From Candidatus Sericytochromatia bacterium (GTDB lineage Bacteria; Cyanobacteriota; Sericytochromatia; S15B-MN24; JAQBPE01): a DNA stretch of 17,937 bases. The notes below the pieces were generated by a model that had not been told where the DNA came from, searched no databases, and saw nothing but the letters and a program-made list of their open reading frames with translations. Each line of letters starts with the position of its first letter. Position 1 is the first letter of the stretch. Position numbers and translations under genes: made by a program. The stretch spans positions 1 through 17,937 of the forward strand of contig JAYKHR010000144.1 of NCBI GenBank assembly GCA_035285125.1. Direction: 5' to 3'. Below, piece after piece: positions 14,876-17,937 of this stretch.

Positions 14876-15853
14876 TCAGTAGGCGGTCGTGCGCGTGAGG
14901 TGGTAGGGCTTGAAGCGCTGGTCCGGCGCGAGGCCGAGCTCCCAGAGGATCCAGTCGACCTCCACGGCCGTGAGCGGGCGGCCGGCGGCGGCGAGGCGCT
15001 CGCGCAGGCGGTCGGTGGCGACGAGGGTCGCGGCGCGCAGCTCGACCTCGGCCTCGCCGTGGGCCGGGAGCACCTCGTGGGCCTCCAGCGACGCGACCAG
15101 CGAGGCGTCGTAGCGCAGCACGCCGAGCGCCTCGAGCACCTGCGGCACCTTGTAGTCGGCGAAGGCCGTGAGCTGGTCGACGTCGTGGAAGGCCCCGATG
15201 CCCTGGCCGCCGAACGCGCCCCACAGATCCGCTGGCAAAATCTGAGCGCGCTTGGCGAGGCGAACCATGCGGCCCTGGTAGGGGCTCTCGTCGAGGAAGC
15301 TGGGAAACTCGACGGGCAGTCGCTCGGCGAGGGCCACGGCGCTGCCCTCGCAGGCGTCCACCAGCCGGTCGAAGCGGCCGTCCCAGCGGTCGAGCAGGCC
15401 CTGCCCGACCTCGTGCAGGTGCGCCAGCCGGGCCTCGAAGAGCGGGATGGTGCCCCGGCCTGCGAGGATCGCCGCCAGCGTCTCGGCGGGGCACGTTGCC
15501 ATGAAAGCGGCCTCGTAGAGCGGCACGCCACCGGCGATGGCGCGCGTCAGGGCCGCCGCGAGGGCCCAGTAGCCGCGCAGGGCCTCTCCACCGTGCTCGA
15601 TGCCCCAGCGCGTCTCGCCAGGCAACGCCCAGAAGCTGAAGTTCAGGGCGTCGAGCACGAGCAGGTAGTTGGCCGTGCGCCACGTCCCGTCCGTGAAGTG
15701 CCAGCGGTCGTTCCAGGCGGGCACCGGGAGGTCGCGCCGGAGGATCTCGGCGCAGGCGGCGTCGAGGCCGGCCTCATCGATGTGGACGAGGCGCGCCTGC
15801 GCCATGACCCAGCGCGCCCCTTCGATCACCCCGTGCCCCTGCGTCACCGCCAC
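14876..15853 (-). CDS. qng1: Queuosine 5'-phosphate N-glycosylase/hydrolase (Q salvage protein, DUF2419/C9orf64 family), 325 aa
   Basis: YLLVLDALNFSFW, KRAQILPADLW, LTAFADYKVPQVL, EVELRA, DWILW and C-terminal YHLTRTTAY match DUF2419 motifs; lies 5 nt upstream of tgt. Confidence 0.92.
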   Translation of the reverse strand: MAVTQGHGVIEGARWVMAQARLVHIDEAGLDAACAEILRRDLPVPAWNDRWHFTDGTWRTANYLLVLDALNFSFWALPGETRWGIEHGGEALRGYWALAAALTRAIAGGVPLYEAAFMATCPAETLAAILAGRGTIPLFEARLAHLHEVGQGLLDRWDGRFDRLVDACEGSAVALAERLPVEFPSFLDESPYQGRMVRLAKRAQILPADLWGAFGGQGIGAFHDVDQLTAFADYKVPQVLEALGVLRYDASLVASLEAHEVLPAHGEAEVELRAATLVATDRLRERLAAAGRPLTAVEVDWILWELGLAPDQRFKPYHLTRTTAY

Positions 15854-15969
15854 CCCCGCGCCCTCCTCAGCGTCCGCGCATCATAGCACGGGGGCCAGGT
15901 GGCGAGGAGGCCGCCTCGCGGGGTATGAAGCGGGTGGCACCCGCAGGTTGCCAGGACCGGATCGGCCGC

Positions 15970-17776
15970 GTGGACACCACCTACTACCTCAGCCTCTTCC
16001 TCGACGAGGTACACGGCAAACTCTCGCTCGTGGGCGAGCGCCTTGCCTTGCTGGAGCGGGACCCGGGCGACACGGAGGCCATCGACGAGGTCTTCCGCGA
16101 GATCCACAGCTTCAAGGGCAACGCCTCCACCGTCGGCTTCGAGGAGCTCGCCGACGTCGCCCATGTGATGGAATCTGGCCTCGCCGCGCTGAGGGCAGGC
16201 ACGCTGGCCCCGGACCCCGCGCTGTTCCGGCTGCTGAACCGGGTGCTCGCGGCGATGGACGCGCAGCTCGTGGCGCTCGAGCGGGGGGAGGCGGCCGGGT
16301 TCCCGGCAGACCTGCTCGCCGAGCTCACGGCTGCGACCGAGGCCCTGCAGCTGGCCCAGCCCGCCCCCCCCCCCAGCGCTGGCGCCGCCCGCCCCCCCCG
16401 CGGCCCCGCCGGCCCCCGCGCCTGCAGGCGCCCGGCGCGTGCGCGTCACCGTGACGCTGGACGAGGCCTGCATGATCCCCGGCACGCGGGCCTTCATGGT
16501 CGTCACCGTGCTCGAGCTCGAGCACACGGTGCTGCAGGTGTGTCCCGCCCTCGAGCAGCTCGAGTCGCTCGAGGCCGGGGCAAGCTTCAGCATCGAGCTG
16601 CGCACCGACGCGACGGACCGGGCGCTCCACGCCGCCATCACGGAGTTCGGAGAGGTCGGGGCCGTCGCCGTGGAGGCCGTCGAGGAGGAGCCCACGCCCC
16701 CCGTCTTCACCCTGCCCGCGGCTGCCCACGACAGGCTCCTGGCAGGGGGCCCGGGCCGGGCCTGGATCGCCCGCGTCCGCCTGGAGCCCGGCTGCGCGAT
16801 GCCGGAGGCGCGCGCGGCGCTGGTGGTGCAGGCGCTGCAGGGCTGTGCGGAGGTGGTGCAGTCCCAGCTGACGCAAGGCCCGCTCTGGCTGCTGCTGTGG
16901 ACCGACGAGGAGGAAGCCGGGCTGCGCGCGGCGATCGCCGGCGTCGCCGAGGTGCGCGACGTGGCCCTCCAGGCGCCCGCCAGCCTGGCCGAGCTGGTCG
17001 TGCGGGCACCCGAGCCCCTGCCCCCGCAGCCGGGTGGGGCAACCCGGCCCGCGGGGCGCACGGTCCGGGTCTGCCAGGCGGAGCTCGCGGCGCTGGAGGC
17101 GCTCGCGGGGCGCCTGCTGGCTGCCCAGCAGGCGCTGAGGCAGGCCGCGGGCGCTTCGGCCGAGGAGGCCACGTCTCTGGCCTCGGCGCTCCACACGGGC
17201 CTGCGGGCGCTCACGCGGACGCCCGCCGAGCTGCTGCTGGCCCGCTACCCCCGCATGGTGCGGGAGCTCGGCCACGAGCTGGGCAAGGAGGCCGAGCTCA
17301 GCCTCGCGGGCCAGGACGTCATGCTCGACGCGCCGCTCGCGGAGGGCCTCGGCGACGTGCTCGTCCACCTGCTGCGCAACGCCGTCGACCACGGGCTCGA
17401 GGGGCCGGAGGAGCGCCGGCTGGCCGGCAAGCCCACGCTGGGCACGCTGCGGCTCGCCGTTCGCCAGGAGCCTGACGCCCTGCTCGTGACGCTGGCGGAC
17501 GACGGGCGCGGGCTCGACCCGGCTGCCATCCGCCAGGCCGCCGTGCGAAGGGGGCGCCTGACGCCTGACGGCGCCGACGCCCTGACGGCGGACGAGGTCG
17601 TCCAGCTGGTCTTCGAGCCCGGCTTCTCCACGCGCGAGGTCGTCTCCCGCGTCTCGGGGCGCGGCGTGGGCCTCGACGCCGTGCGCCACAAGGTGGTGGC
17701 GCTCGGCGGCAGCCTCGCGCTCGAGAACCGGCCTGGCAGGGGGCTGGTCTTCAAGCTGCACTTCCCGACGGCCTAG
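15970..17776 (+). pseudogene. cheA: CheA-like histidine kinase (Hpt, two P2-like domains, dimerisation, HATPase; no CheW domain), split by one extra base in a C11 tract
   Basis: First frame: MDTTYYLSLFLDE...FREIHSFKGNASTVG (Hpt His). Second frame: RTVRV, LVHLLRNAVDHGLE, DDGRGLD, FEPGFST, SGRGVGL. Removing one C from 16364-16374 fuses them into about 601 aa. Could be a sequencing error rather than a true pseudogene. Confidence 0.85.
16364..16399 (+). repeat. Homopolymer tracts C11 (16364-16374) and C8 (16392-16399) at the cheA frameshift
   Basis: Read directly from the sequence; they lie in the Pro/Ala linker after the Hpt domain. Confidence 0.9.
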
Positions 17777-17937
17777 CGGCCGCGCGGGCCGTGGGGCGCA
17801 GCGAAGCGCTCTTATTGTGCTCTCGAAGGGTTTCGGGTACAAGAGAGGGGGCCCGGGCTGGTCAGACGGGCGGAACGCCCGACCGGGAGGGTGGCGTTGG
17901 GACAGGTCGAAATGAGTTGGGGCGGGATCTTCGGCAG

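Noticed and set aside
14871..15683. Apparent 271-aa N-terminal extension of TGT (687-aa ORF), suggesting a Qng1-TGT fusion
   Set aside because: The extension is an off-frame read through qng1; qng1 has its own stop at 14876 and TGT homology begins at ATG 14870.
17777..17937. Possible gene end or promoter at the right edge
   Set aside because: Short open frames exist on the minus strand but have no recognisable motif; cannot be resolved without flanking sequence.

Overview
Very GC-rich, gene-dense bacterial chromosomal window with about 16 real genes; the many other long ORFs in the track are GC-driven shadow frames. In order: the 3' end of an NHL-type beta-propeller gene; a large MalT-like STAND ATPase/TPR/BTAD regulator divergent from a lipoprotein with a Gly-rich 8-aa repeat; a Fur-family regulator; two paralogous unknown helical proteins flanking an Rpn/DUF4351 PD-(D/E)XK gene that has a likely internal in-frame start; then on the minus strand a CPXCG protein, a TPMT-like methyltransferase, an S8 subtilase lipoprotein, an unknown repeat protein, a vWA lipoprotein and a qng1-tgt-I42 inhibitor-rhodanese operon; and finally a cheA-like kinase that is frameshifted in a C11 tract and lacks the CheW/P5 domain. 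Main leads: (i) a eukaryote-style queuosine salvage pair (Qng1 plus a TGT with a GGSLG pocket); (ii) an Rpn toxin with a candidate intragenic antitoxin between two paralogues that share 11-bp-period upstream boxes; (iii) the same box upstream of other genes; (iv) the slippage-prone, P5-less CheA. No rRNA, tRNA, CRISPR array or IS element is visible. All family calls come from motif recognition by eye, not database searches.
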